DNA from: Candidatus Electronema aureum
Lineage (GTDB): Bacteria; Desulfobacterota; Desulfobulbia; Desulfobulbales; Desulfobulbaceae
DNA: 28,062 bases
NCBI GenBank assembly: GCA_004284765.1
Contig: NQJD01000032.1
Span: forward strand, 1-28,062
Reading direction: 5' to 3'
Part shown: positions 9,236-17,926 of the stretch, piece by piece
Layout: each line of letters begins with the position of its first letter
Position numbering within the stretch: the stretch's first letter is position 1
The notes under the pieces: generated by a model
Seen by the model: the letters and a program-made list of their open reading frames with translations, nothing else
Database searches by the model: none
What the model was told of the DNA's origin: nothing
Position numbers and translations under genes: made by a program

Positions 9236-10399
9236 TTAAATGAGATAATTACAAGCTGTTTTAAAAAGCTGACGATTAGATTCAAGAATTGAAGTATCAT
9301 TAAGATGTAACCAAGCATAACGATGAGCAGCCTCACGGTGCTTTGTAAATTCATCTACACTGAAACCAGCCCAGCGTTCAATTGCATCAACCCACACCTG
9401 AACATCTGCGAGCGGCAGCACCTCAACCGCACCATCAGGGTCAGGCGACCAAGGTGTCTGATTACTGACAACTACCGCTGTGCCTGCATTCAGTGCCTCA
9501 AAAATGACATGGCCAAAATTTTCGCCCTGCGTAGGAAAGACAAACAGGTCGTGTGCAGAAAATGCTGCTGATACATCCTGCGGAATTAACTCACCACAGT
9601 ATGTTATTGACACATGCGGCGGCAGGCGGCTGATTATGGACGTGCATTGCGCCCAATAATCTATGTCTTCCAGAGGGCCATATATCGATAGCTGCACCGG
9701 CACGGATACTTTTGTCAGCACATCAAGCAAGTAATCCAGATTTTTTATTGGAGAAATGCGGGATAAAAAAACAAGCCGTAGTTTCCCTGATTTTCTTCGT
9801 ATTTCTATATGACTAGATGTATCAATATGCTGCTGCAAAGAAAGCAAATCCTGCGCTACATGCACCATTGAAATCTCACCAATATTTTTACGAATATCCT
9901 CTGTTTCCAATAAACTGGAAGCTTGCCAGATGAAATCCTTATAAAGGCCCAAGGCTTTGACAACGGCTATGTAATTTTGTTTTTTGAATCCCTTGATCGC
10001 AAGTGCGCCAGCTGAAAATTCCCCTCTTGGGGCAATAATAACTGGTGTTTTTGGGATGCAGCCAAGCCATTTGAGCAGAACGGGAATACCAGTGCTATGC
10101 GGACAAAAGAAACTGTTCAAGTACAGCACGTCATAGGGTGTCTGTCGTAAAAGAGCTGCAATACCTTGAACGGAAAATATGTCAGGTGAAGCATAAAATA
10201 CTCGTGCCTTGCCAACATAATTCCATTCATTGATTTTTATATCTGAATATGGTACTTCTGAGTTTAGATCACGATCTCTCGTCATAATAAAAAATTCTAA
10301 CTCATTACCGAGACGATCTACCATATTTACAATTGTTCGAATTGGCCCACCAGCTTTAAAACCAGGAAGATAACAAGATGTAAATACAAAAATTTTCAT
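9236..10399 (-). CDS. Glycosyltransferase, GT4/GT1 (GT-B fold)
   Basis: MKIFVFTSCYLPGFKAGGPIRTIVNMVDRL N-terminus. C-terminal half has FVFPTQGENFGHVIFEALNAGTAVVVS (E-x7-E-type motif). ATG 10399 is preferred over the TTG at 10408. Confidence 0.75.
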   Translation of the reverse strand: MKIFVFTSCYLPGFKAGGPIRTIVNMVDRLGNELEFFIMTRDRDLNSEVPYSDIKINEWNYVGKARVFYASPDIFSVQGIAALLRQTPYDVLYLNSFFCPHSTGIPVLLKWLGCIPKTPVIIAPRGEFSAGALAIKGFKKQNYIAVVKALGLYKDFIWQASSLLETEDIRKNIGEISMVHVAQDLLSLQQHIDTSSHIEIRRKSGKLRLVFLSRISPIKNLDYLLDVLTKVSVPVQLSIYGPLEDIDYWAQCTSIISRLPPHVSITYCGELIPQDVSAAFSAHDLFVFPTQGENFGHVIFEALNAGTAVVVSNQTPWSPDPDGAVEVLPLADVQVWVDAIERWAGFSVDEFTKHREAAHRYAWLHLNDTSILESNRQLFKTACNYLI

Positions 10400-10410
10400 T
10401 TTACGCAACG

Positions 10411-11649
10411 TTAAGAAATAAATTCAAAAAATCTTTCAACCTGTTTTAGAGCATTTTTTTTAGTTAAAATAAATTCTCTTGCAGATAAAGCAAGAGCCTT
10501 CCGCTCAGAACAAGGAATATTAAAAACTCTAACGATTGCATTTTTAATGGTTTCTCCGCATGCTGTATTTACAGTATAGCAATATCGATAATATTCTTCT
10601 GGTATACCATCAAGTCGATACATCAATGTCGGAGTTCCAGATGCTAAATACTCCATGGTTTTAGATGGAAAAGAATATTTATTAAATTCTCCGACATTAC
10701 TTCTGGGATTTATTAACAAATCAACTTTTTTTTGTAAAACGAGTATATTATCCATAGATAATATACCAAGATATTTTATTTTAGAATTAAAATTACACAT
10801 TGATTTTATATAGTTAACAGATGCCCCTCCCCCGCATATCCATAATTCAATTTCAGAATCATGAATTTCATTAAAATCATCAACTAATTTTTTCACACCG
10901 TATCGCTCGTCTACTGTTCCACAATACATCAAAATTTTTTTACTATCGAAATAACAACTTGAATTCTCAGGAAAATAAAGATGTACCTGTTCGGTAGATG
11001 CTTCTCTGTGTTGATATATCCCTTCAATTACAATACATTTATTTTTACAAATATCAAGAATAGATTGCATTTGCTCTGTGAGAATAACAAAAAAATCCAT
11101 CTTCTTTAAAAGAAATTTAATAATCTTTTTTTCAAAAAAAGAAATATAAAATTTATAGAAATAATTACAATCTCCAGGGAAATCTGGAAGATCTGTGATT
11201 ATAACACAGCGTTTTATCTTTTTGTTTTTATAACCACAAAACACAGAAGATGCTACATATGCCACGTTCAACGAATACGAAATTAAAATATATTCATCAT
11301 GATTTTCTACTAATTCTTTATTTAACGTTTTTCTTATATTTATAAATTTATTTATATTCTTAATTAAAGGAAAATTAAGATAACTTATTCCTTTAATTTT
11401 TAAAGGAAAATCCTGAATTTTTTTTTTAATATAGCTTAATTTGTGATTAATTGGCCAGCTACCAAAAAATGGAGCGGTCACAATAAGAATATCCGATTCA
11501 AGGACTGCTTTTAAACCTGAAATAAATGCCTGCTGAAATCTTTCTGCGGCATATTGTGGAGGTGACATAGAAAAATTATGTTCCACACCATATAGAGAAT
11601 ATGGTGTTATTCCGCATATAAAAATAACTTTTTTAGTTTTCATCGGCAT
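10411..11649 (-). CDS. Glycosyltransferase, GT-B fold (GT4-like), very AT-rich
   Basis: C-terminal LINPRSNVGEFNKYSFPSKTMEYLASGTPTLMY resembles the GT4 EX7E region. The likely ATG is at 11649 (MPMKTKKVIFICG) or 11643, and the track ORF begins at a TTG at 11694. A hand count of 11281-11340 gives 9 G+C of 60. Confidence 0.65.
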   Translation of the reverse strand: MPMKTKKVIFICGITPYSLYGVEHNFSMSPPQYAAERFQQAFISGLKAVLESDILIVTAPFFGSWPINHKLSYIKKKIQDFPLKIKGISYLNFPLIKNINKFINIRKTLNKELVENHDEYILISYSLNVAYVASSVFCGYKNKKIKRCVIITDLPDFPGDCNYFYKFYISFFEKKIIKFLLKKMDFFVILTEQMQSILDICKNKCIVIEGIYQHREASTEQVHLYFPENSSCYFDSKKILMYCGTVDERYGVKKLVDDFNEIHDSEIELWICGGGASVNYIKSMCNFNSKIKYLGILSMDNILVLQKKVDLLINPRSNVGEFNKYSFPSKTMEYLASGTPTLMYRLDGIPEEYYRYCYTVNTACGETIKNAIVRVFNIPCSERKALALSAREFILTKKNALKQVERFFEFIS

Positions 11650-11722
11650 TAGGCAGAGAAATAAAGGCAATGAAATTGTTGTCCGAAATTTCAAACAAAC
11701 AACTCCGTTACTTACGGTAGAA

Positions 11723-12691
11723 TTATTTATTTTTTATTTCATAAATAATACTATAATTATTCTTTGATGTTGCATGCCTTTTTTTGAAGAAAAACCAAAA
11801 AAAACGATTTCCAAAAATACTAAAAATAAAAATTAACCATTTATTTTTATTTTGTAAATCATATACAAGAGCTAACCATTTAAAATATATACTACCGGCA
11901 TATGTAACAGATGAACGGCCATGAGAAGCATACAATGATGAAATAAAAAAATTTCTAAAATGCAAGATATCGGTTTCTTTTTCTATAAAAGAACCCCATT
12001 TTTCTATTATTATATCTAAGCTATATATTCTTTTTTTCAAATTCATACTCGTTCGAGCATGACAATGATGTCGCATAATAGAGAGACCTAAATTTAGGCC
12101 CACAAATGGCCCAAGCATTGATAACTTAATCCACATGTCATAATCTTGAAAACTCATTAATTTTTCATCAAACATCCCCGCTGCGATAGCCTTTTCTTTT
12201 TTAACAACAACTAATGAAGTGGATTCAGGGCATAATCCTCGGAAAAAATCAATCGGTAGCATAATCTCTTTTATTTTTACCTTATCAGCTAAAAAATCAA
12301 AATCTTCGTAATATCCATATTGAGAACAATATACAGCAACAGCATTTGGTGTTTTGTTAAAGGCTTCCATTTGAAGCTCTAATTTATTTGGTAGCCAGAC
12401 ATCATCATCATCTAAAAAAGCTATGTAATTATACTTAGCACTCAAAATGCCAGAATTTCTTGCGCCGCATCCCCCTTTATTTCTAAAATTTTTAATAGCA
12501 TCAACGCCTTCAGATAGACATATTTTTTTTACTTCCTCTGATAAAACTGGATCAGAATTGTCATCGATAACTAATATTTCTATATTTCTATATGTTTGTT
12601 TTTTTGCAGACTCTATTGCTTTTTTTAAATAATTATTTCTGTTAAATGTTGCGATGATAACGCTAACAAATTCAAATGCTATTTCTTTCAT
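11723..12691 (-). CDS. Glycosyltransferase family 2
   Basis: VSVIIATFNRNNYLKKAIESAKKQTYRNIEILVIDDNSD and the DxD-type FLDDDDVWLPNKL. ATG at 12691 (MKEIAFEF) overlaps the end of the preceding gene by 20 nt. Confidence 0.8.
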   Translation of the reverse strand: MKEIAFEFVSVIIATFNRNNYLKKAIESAKKQTYRNIEILVIDDNSDPVLSEEVKKICLSEGVDAIKNFRNKGGCGARNSGILSAKYNYIAFLDDDDVWLPNKLELQMEAFNKTPNAVAVYCSQYGYYEDFDFLADKVKIKEIMLPIDFFRGLCPESTSLVVVKKEKAIAAGMFDEKLMSFQDYDMWIKLSMLGPFVGLNLGLSIMRHHCHARTSMNLKKRIYSLDIIIEKWGSFIEKETDILHFRNFFISSLYASHGRSSVTYAGSIYFKWLALVYDLQNKNKWLIFIFSIFGNRFFWFFFKKRHATSKNNYSIIYEIKNK

Positions 12692-13838
12692 TATTAACAA
12701 TAAGTAGTATATAGTATAAATAAATCAACTTGACGAATCCTGTACTTACATTTAATACAGGACCTTTAAAATTTGAGATGAAAATTACACCAAACAAGAT
12801 AAAAGAAATTACAAAACCACTTGCTTTCCATAATCTACGAAACATATATATGTTTAAGCATGACAATAAAAACAAATACAATAATCCACCGAAAAAAATT
12901 TGATTGATATATCCAATATCAGATCGCATTCCTGCATTATTCCAAATATCAATACCTTCACCAAATAAGCAGCCAGAAACAGTCTCAGGATAAAAAAACA
13001 TATCATTAATTAACGTATTGTATGTCGTGTTTTCATTATAATTATGAAAGAAATCTACGGATTCTGTAAAAAAACTAGCTGCCCACTTTAATGTCTCATT
13101 AGATGCTGACATATTCTTTACAAGAAACAAACATAAGGCTATTAATATAGCTACCCGGAAAATTTTTCCGGAATTATGCTTGTATTGCAATACGATGATG
13201 GAGGAAATACCAAAAAAAAGTATAATAAAACCAATTCTTGCGTTGATAGCTATGGATATTATTAATAATATAGAAGATATGTAAAAAAAACGTTTTTGAT
13301 TATACAATAACGAAATTATTACAATAATAGCATTTGTAATTGAATATGAAAACGTAGAACCTTCAGCAATGGAAAAACTTCTTATTCCAGAAGCCGACAA
13401 GGGATCGTGAATCAATGTAGATTTAACATAGAAATTAACATCTGGAACAACAAACAATATAAAACTTATAGTTGCAGCAACTATACTAGTTAAATAAATA
13501 AATGATATTACTTTTTTGGTATCAAACCCTACAATAATATGTAATATGTAATATGGAACAATAAAACATTCAATAATAAAAACAATATTTATATAAATAT
13601 ATCTTAAAGACAGGTCGATATTGCGCGGCATAAGCAGCACACAATAAAATATCGTAAGAAAAACAAAAAAAAATTCTATATGTAGAAGCTTTACAAAAGC
13701 AGCATTATTTTTTTTTGAAAAGAGATGAAATAATGCTGGTAGCCAAAAAAATTTTGTAAGCCCAAAGTTTACTACCTGAAATATTGGATTATATATATAT
13801 ATATATAATAACACTATTGTAACAATTCTAAAAATCAT
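12672..13838 (-). CDS. wzy: Polytopic membrane protein, putative O-antigen/capsule repeat-unit polymerase (Wzy-like)
   Basis: 388 aa. It consists almost entirely of hydrophobic segments (roughly 10 by eye) with one longer loop, is extremely AT-rich, and sits between wzx and the GT genes. Assignment is by topology and context only, because Wzy proteins lack strong motifs. Confidence 0.55.
   Translation of the reverse strand: MIFRIVTIVLLYIYIYNPIFQVVNFGLTKFFWLPALFHLFSKKNNAAFVKLLHIEFFFVFLTIFYCVLLMPRNIDLSLRYIYINIVFIIECFIVPYYILHIIVGFDTKKVISFIYLTSIVAATISFILFVVPDVNFYVKSTLIHDPLSASGIRSFSIAEGSTFSYSITNAIIVIISLLYNQKRFFYISSILLIISIAINARIGFIILFFGISSIIVLQYKHNSGKIFRVAILIALCLFLVKNMSASNETLKWAASFFTESVDFFHNYNENTTYNTLINDMFFYPETVSGCLFGEGIDIWNNAGMRSDIGYINQIFFGGLLYLFLLSCLNIYMFRRLWKASGFVISFILFGVIFISNFKGPVLNVSTGFVKLIYLYYILLIVNNERNSI
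13790..13807. repeat. (TA)9 dinucleotide microsatellite inside codons 11-16 of the putative wzy
   Basis: Direct count: t13790 to a13807 is tatatatatatatatata, encoding L-Y-I-Y-I-Y on the minus strand. Confidence 0.9.
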
Positions 13839-13920
13839 TTTTACTCTATTTAGGCGAATAATTTTTCAAAAATAAAAAGTATTTTATATGCTTAACAAAC
13901 ACTCGATGTTAAGACCTTCC

Positions 13921-14530
13921 TTAGTCTCCTCCCCAAGCAAGCCTCAACATCGCATTTACCCAATCCCGATTAACTTTACAGCTTATTCCCCAATAAAGTG
14001 GCGCAGCCAATGCAATACCTACAGTTAAACGAAGTGGAGAACTTTCAATGTGACTTGATAAAAAATAAGCTGAAGCAACAGCCACACCAGCAATCAGCAT
14101 TGGCTTGAGCGCAGCAGAAGAATATTCAAGCAGACTTGCATGACAAAGCGGTCGTACCAAGATATACCATCCGGGGATGAACATAACGAATGACAAACCA
14201 AGCAATGCCCAAGCCAAACCTTCCGCTCCGAATCGAGAACCTGTCCAAAGAGCTGGGGGGACAATAAAAATCATTGCAAAATTCCATTTCATCGCTAAAC
14301 TTGCCCGCCCCATCCCCATCAGCAGGCTGCCTACTGGATTGCCTGCTGATCGCAAAAACCCCCAGACGGCCAAAATGCGCAGTAAGTCAACAGAACCTGT
14401 CCACTTACTGCCGAACAGCATATATACCACCTCTGGAGCAAAAAAAGCAAGACCCGCATACAGAGGTGCGTTAGTGGATGCTGTCATGTTCAACGTGTTG
14501 AGATAGATCAGGCGTACACGCTGGATATCT
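13921..14530 (-). pseudogene. Relic of a MOP-superfamily polysaccharide flippase (Wzx/RfbX-like): C-terminal ~200 codons only
   Basis: The 190-aa track ORF starts at a TTG, and the frame stays open 12 more codons upstream to a TAA at 14530-14532 (DIQRVRLIYLNTLNMTAS...). Content such as LYAGLAFFAPEVVYMLFGSKW, then RSAGNPVGSLLMGMGRA and four more TM segments, looks like the last third of a Polysacc_synt_C-type flippase. There is no N-terminal ~250 aa and no RBS. G+C is visibly higher than in both neighbours (32 of 60 at 14281-14340). Confidence 0.6.
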
Positions 14531-14579
14531 TAGACAGTAAGCGGGAAAACAAATTACGCGAAACGCTGTATATTTTCAT

Positions 14580-15203
14580 TTATTTTTTACTAAACACAAA
14601 AAAACGATGATAAGGATTTTCCCATACCCGATAAGTTTTAATCAGGCAGATATGTTGTGAAAAATCGGCAATCACTCGCGAAAGGGGGTAATCTCTCTTG
14701 TTGATTTCCCAATAGTGTTCGCCATCAAATTTATGAACACATGTGCATAGCTGGGGCCGCGGAATAAAAAAATTATATGCGCCAAATTTTGGCAGATGAA
14801 TCCGATAGTACCAAACGTTTTTTGCATCAGGCAGGCTAATTATCACGTGATGGCGACTAACACGTACCATCTCGATGAATGCTTGTAGCGATACCTCATA
14901 CGGCAAATGTTCAAGTATCTGAAAAGCGCAGACAACATCATAAAAAGCATGGGGAAAATGCATATTGGTAGCTGAACCAACATGATCTGGTTTAAGGTCA
15001 GGATCAATATCTAATGTTTCTATTTTGAAACCGAACGTCTGGAGAGCGGCCTTTAAAAGACCTGATCCGAGTCCAATTTCAAGCACATTCTCTGGCTTCA
15101 CTCTCTGAATTTCATCAACCTGATGCCAAATACTGCCCCAGCGATTCTTAGTCATATAACGATTGAATTCATAATGTGTTTTTTCAACTTGTTTTTTATT
15201 CAT
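14580..15203 (-). CDS. Class I SAM-dependent methyltransferase
   Basis: 207 aa. Motif I is VLEIGLGSGLL, with an acidic post-I residue in TLDID and motif-II-like YDVVCAFQILEHL. The ATG overlaps the wzx stop by 8 nt. Confidence 0.8.
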   Translation of the reverse strand: MNKKQVEKTHYEFNRYMTKNRWGSIWHQVDEIQRVKPENVLEIGLGSGLLKAALQTFGFKIETLDIDPDLKPDHVGSATNMHFPHAFYDVVCAFQILEHLPYEVSLQAFIEMVRVSRHHVIISLPDAKNVWYYRIHLPKFGAYNFFIPRPQLCTCVHKFDGEHYWEINKRDYPLSRVIADFSQHICLIKTYRVWENPYHRFFVFSKK

Positions 15204-16527
15204 TTTTTGAGTATACTTTTATATTTTTTCCGCTATGAAATATGACCCAAGAAATCAGCCACGCATAAGCAATGACACCAAGTATAGAAAACAGGGCAAT
15301 AGCCGTCACATCGCTTCCAAATACTGCATAACCGATATAAAGAGCCAAAATTTTCGTTCCAGTACTGAATATTTCGTATATAAGAAGTCCACCCTGAAGC
15401 TGTAGTGGAGCAATAGCAGTCACGGCAGGTTTATTAATATATTGAAAAAAAAGCCAGACACCCAACCATTGTCCATAAATTCCAGCCGTCTTCCATTCGG
15501 AACCAAATATAAAAGCAAACAACGATGGTCCAGCAAAAATTATAACAGCAAATGGAAGTACACCGATCAATGCCAATCCAAGAGTCGCTTTGATGATTAA
15601 CGATTTCACATCTTCTCCACGAAAAATTGCCTCATTAATACGTGGATAGAAAACCTGAGAAACTGACCCACCAATCAAGTTTATTGGCATCGCTAAAACA
15701 GACAAGGTGAGAGTGTAGTGCCCGACTGCTGTTGCCCCAAAAAAAGTGGCCAGTAGCATCACAGGAAGACTCTGCGAAATTGCATTCAACAGAACCTGTG
15801 GTGCTCGATAAAGAAGGAAATCGCTGTGCCGCTTGGCAAGACACCACGCATTCGACGGAAGCAGTTCATTTTTTGGGGTATCTATAGGCACTTTATGGAA
15901 ATTCAGCATAGCTATCAATACGTTAACCATGCCGCTCAATATATTTGTTATAATTAACACTATAGCCGAAGGATAGACAATTCCTACGCATGTCTTGATT
16001 ATGCTTACGAGCGAAGCCTGAAAAATAGCGACCTTAGCTGTTAAAGAAAAGAATTTTTTTCGTATAAACCACTGATTTGATATTACACTAGCAGTAGAAA
16101 TAAGCATAAATACAGGGACAAAATATATGTAGTTAGAAATATTTTGAGAATCTAAAAGATATAGGATTTCAGATTTAAAATAAAATATAATAAAAAAAGT
16201 GATCCCTGAGGTAAGTATGGAAATATAAAATGATAGGCGTACTATAGCAAGCGCATCTGCATCGTGTTTTGGTAAAACAATCGCTGTCGGATAAGTCATT
16301 GCAGCAATTGTTGCCATTGTGTTGGCAATAGACATAAATATACCTTGAACACCATAAGCATTAGCACCATAGATTCTTGCAATTAATGGCGAAAAAAATA
16401 TTGTAATGATCTGTGCTATTGCTGTACCGCTAGTAATTAAAATAATATTATGAATAAACGGACGTTTTAAAAAATGGAACGACCACTTTTTGAAACTATA
16501 ATAATTTTTGTAAGGGTTAATTGACAA
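15196..16527 (-). CDS. wzx: Oligosaccharide-unit flippase, MOP superfamily (Wzx)
   Basis: 443 aa with about 12 hydrophobic segments. N-terminus ...NIILITSGTAIAQIITIFFSPLIARIYGANAYGVQG is typical of Polysacc_synt flippases. TTG start at 16527 with GAGG 8 nt upstream; there is no in-frame ATG nearby and a stop lies 3 codons upstream. Confidence 0.8.
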   Translation of the reverse strand: MSINPYKNYYSFKKWSFHFLKRPFIHNIILITSGTAIAQIITIFFSPLIARIYGANAYGVQGIFMSIANTMATIAAMTYPTAIVLPKHDADALAIVRLSFYISILTSGITFFIIFYFKSEILYLLDSQNISNYIYFVPVFMLISTASVISNQWFIRKKFFSLTAKVAIFQASLVSIIKTCVGIVYPSAIVLIITNILSGMVNVLIAMLNFHKVPIDTPKNELLPSNAWCLAKRHSDFLLYRAPQVLLNAISQSLPVMLLATFFGATAVGHYTLTLSVLAMPINLIGGSVSQVFYPRINEAIFRGEDVKSLIIKATLGLALIGVLPFAVIIFAGPSLFAFIFGSEWKTAGIYGQWLGVWLFFQYINKPAVTAIAPLQLQGGLLIYEIFSTGTKILALYIGYAVFGSDVTAIALFSILGVIAYAWLISWVIFHSGKNIKVYSKNE

Positions 16528-16546
16528 ATGATGGCCTCAAATTGAG

Positions 16547-16576
16547 ATTGTAGCGGACAATGTAGAGGCGTGTTAC
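16547..16576 (-). promoter_or_regulatory. Candidate sigma70-type promoter for the polysaccharide operon
   Basis: On the minus strand: GTAACA (plus 16571-16576), an 18-nt spacer, then TACAAT (plus 16547-16552), about 20 nt upstream of the wzx TTG. Pattern match by eye only. Confidence 0.25.
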
Positions 16577-16756
16577 GAGTTCATGATAAAAATTTGTTTT
16601 TGAAAACGACAGGGTTTTTCGCGTATACCGGGCGTTTAACTGACGGTAAAAAAAAACCTTTAGGTGGCAGCTTTTAGCAAATTTACAGAGTTAGGTTGAG
16701 TAAATATTGATTCATTCCTTTTGCAGGGTCTGTTTGTCACCTCAGATATAATTTCG

Positions 16757-17215
16757 TTAATCTGGCCAAAAATCCTGATTTAATGCTTCAGACGACATCC
16801 AAGGACATTGCTTGGGGAAGGTTTGTTCTGGCAGTCCCGTCTCATCAGTCGCCGCCGCTCGCGCATCCTCATACGCACTACGCATAATCTCGTCCAGCTT
16901 GTTCTTCAACCCCGGATTTCTTTGCAGATGCTTTGGTATTTTGCGCCGTTGCTCTTTGATCGTGTTGACCCAGCTTCTGCCGCGATATTCCGGCTGATAA
17001 ATCCATTTTAATAAATGCGCAAACAGCAATTCAAGACGGCTTTCTAAAGCATTTTCTTCACTTCTTCCCATGCATTCAACTTCTTCGAGCAAATTTTCAA
17101 GATCAACTGCATCAAGCCGTCCGGCTTTAATCAAAGCCGCCTGTTCCTGAATCCATCCGTAAAAATCAGTGTCGTATTGCGTTGCGATACCCATGAACTG
17201 CTGCTCCAATCCCAT
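16757..17215 (-). CDS. DUF29 family protein (helical bundle, function unknown)
   Basis: YDTDFYGWIQEQAALIKAGRLDAVDLENLLEEVECMGRSEENALESRLELLFAHLLKWIYQPEYRGRSW matches the DUF29 pattern I know (DFY.W...QA..L......D..NL.EE.E.MG.SE). The true start may be the second ATG at 17194, which has GGAG 9 nt upstream. Confidence 0.85.
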   Translation of the reverse strand: MGLEQQFMGIATQYDTDFYGWIQEQAALIKAGRLDAVDLENLLEEVECMGRSEENALESRLELLFAHLLKWIYQPEYRGRSWVNTIKEQRRKIPKHLQRNPGLKNKLDEIMRSAYEDARAAATDETGLPEQTFPKQCPWMSSEALNQDFWPD

Positions 17216-17352
17216 ACCATCGCCGCAGTCTTTCTTAACTTGCAGCCTTGCCTCTCATCCATTATCCTACTGCGTTCATTTCCAAAAATTCTTCTTTGAG
17301 TTTCAGGCAGGAAGCATGGTATAATAGATCAAAATTCAGCGCAAGGAAAAAA

Positions 17353-17829
17353 ATGATCGAGAGAGAAAAAACAGCGAACAGGGCCGCAGAGCTATTTGCG
17401 GAAGGTTTTCATTGCAGCCAAGCGGTACTACACGCCTGTGCCGGGCTGTTTCGAGAAGAGCCGCCGCCCTCGGAGTTGACAGCGGCAATGTCCGCATTTT
17501 CCGGTGGAATGGGTATGAGTGGCCAAACCTGCGGTGCGCTTTCAGGGGCTTTGGCAGCCATTGGCTTTGCCTTGGGGAAAACCACTCCAAAAGGAACAAA
17601 TCATCAGCAGTTGAATCAACTTGGCCATGAAATGGTCAGGGAATTCACTCGGATCACCAGCGAATACGGCGGGATAAACTGTGCCGATATCGCCAAGATT
17701 GACTGGCAGGACAGCGAGGCGGTGCAGCGGTTCCGCACAGACCCAAATAGCACCCGGAAATGCTGCGTCCGCGTGGTTAGAGAAACAGGCGGTTGTTTGC
17801 ATGATTTAGTCAGGAAGCATCTTGCGTAA
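17353..17829 (+). CDS. C_GCAxxG_C_C family protein (putative redox-active Cys protein)
   Basis: Ordered family cysteines: FHCSQAV, GQTCGALSGA (GCAxxG-type), INCADI, and KCC near the C-terminus. ATG 17353 is preceded by AAGGAAAAAA. The 35-codon extension in the track ORF (17248) has no support. Confidence 0.8.
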   Translation: MIEREKTANRAAELFAEGFHCSQAVLHACAGLFREEPPPSELTAAMSAFSGGMGMSGQTCGALSGALAAIGFALGKTTPKGTNHQQLNQLGHEMVREFTRITSEYGGINCADIAKIDWQDSEAVQRFRTDPNSTRKCCVRVVRETGGCLHDLVRKHLA

Positions 17830-17926
17830 CACAACAGGCTGCCGGGTAGTTCCGACAGCAAATCTGCTGCCCTAACTTATTGTGCGGGCAGCGCAGTTCA
17901 ACCACAAAACATGGGAGGGAGAGAAG

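Noticed and set aside
8304-9239. 311-aa plus-strand ORF opposite fnlA
   Set aside because: It is antisense to a gene with strong FnlA/Cap5E motifs. Its translation has no recognisable motif and odd composition, so it is treated as a shadow ORF.
16528-16756. JUMPStart/ops (GGCGGTAG) antitermination element upstream of the polysaccharide operon
   Set aside because: I searched both orientations by eye. Only loosely similar strings (tgtagcgg, ggtggcagc) occur, and in the wrong orientation or sequence, so no ops element is supported.
17248-17352. 35-codon N-terminal extension of the C_GCAxxG_C_C ORF
   Set aside because: It begins at a non-ATG codon with no RBS, and the internal ATG at 17353 has an AAGGA-type RBS and gives a protein of family-typical length. 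The analogous extensions at 1993-2022, 7093-7161, 10400-10408, 11650-11694, 12692-12700, 17882-17926, 23394-23438 and 27752-27781 were trimmed for similar reasons.
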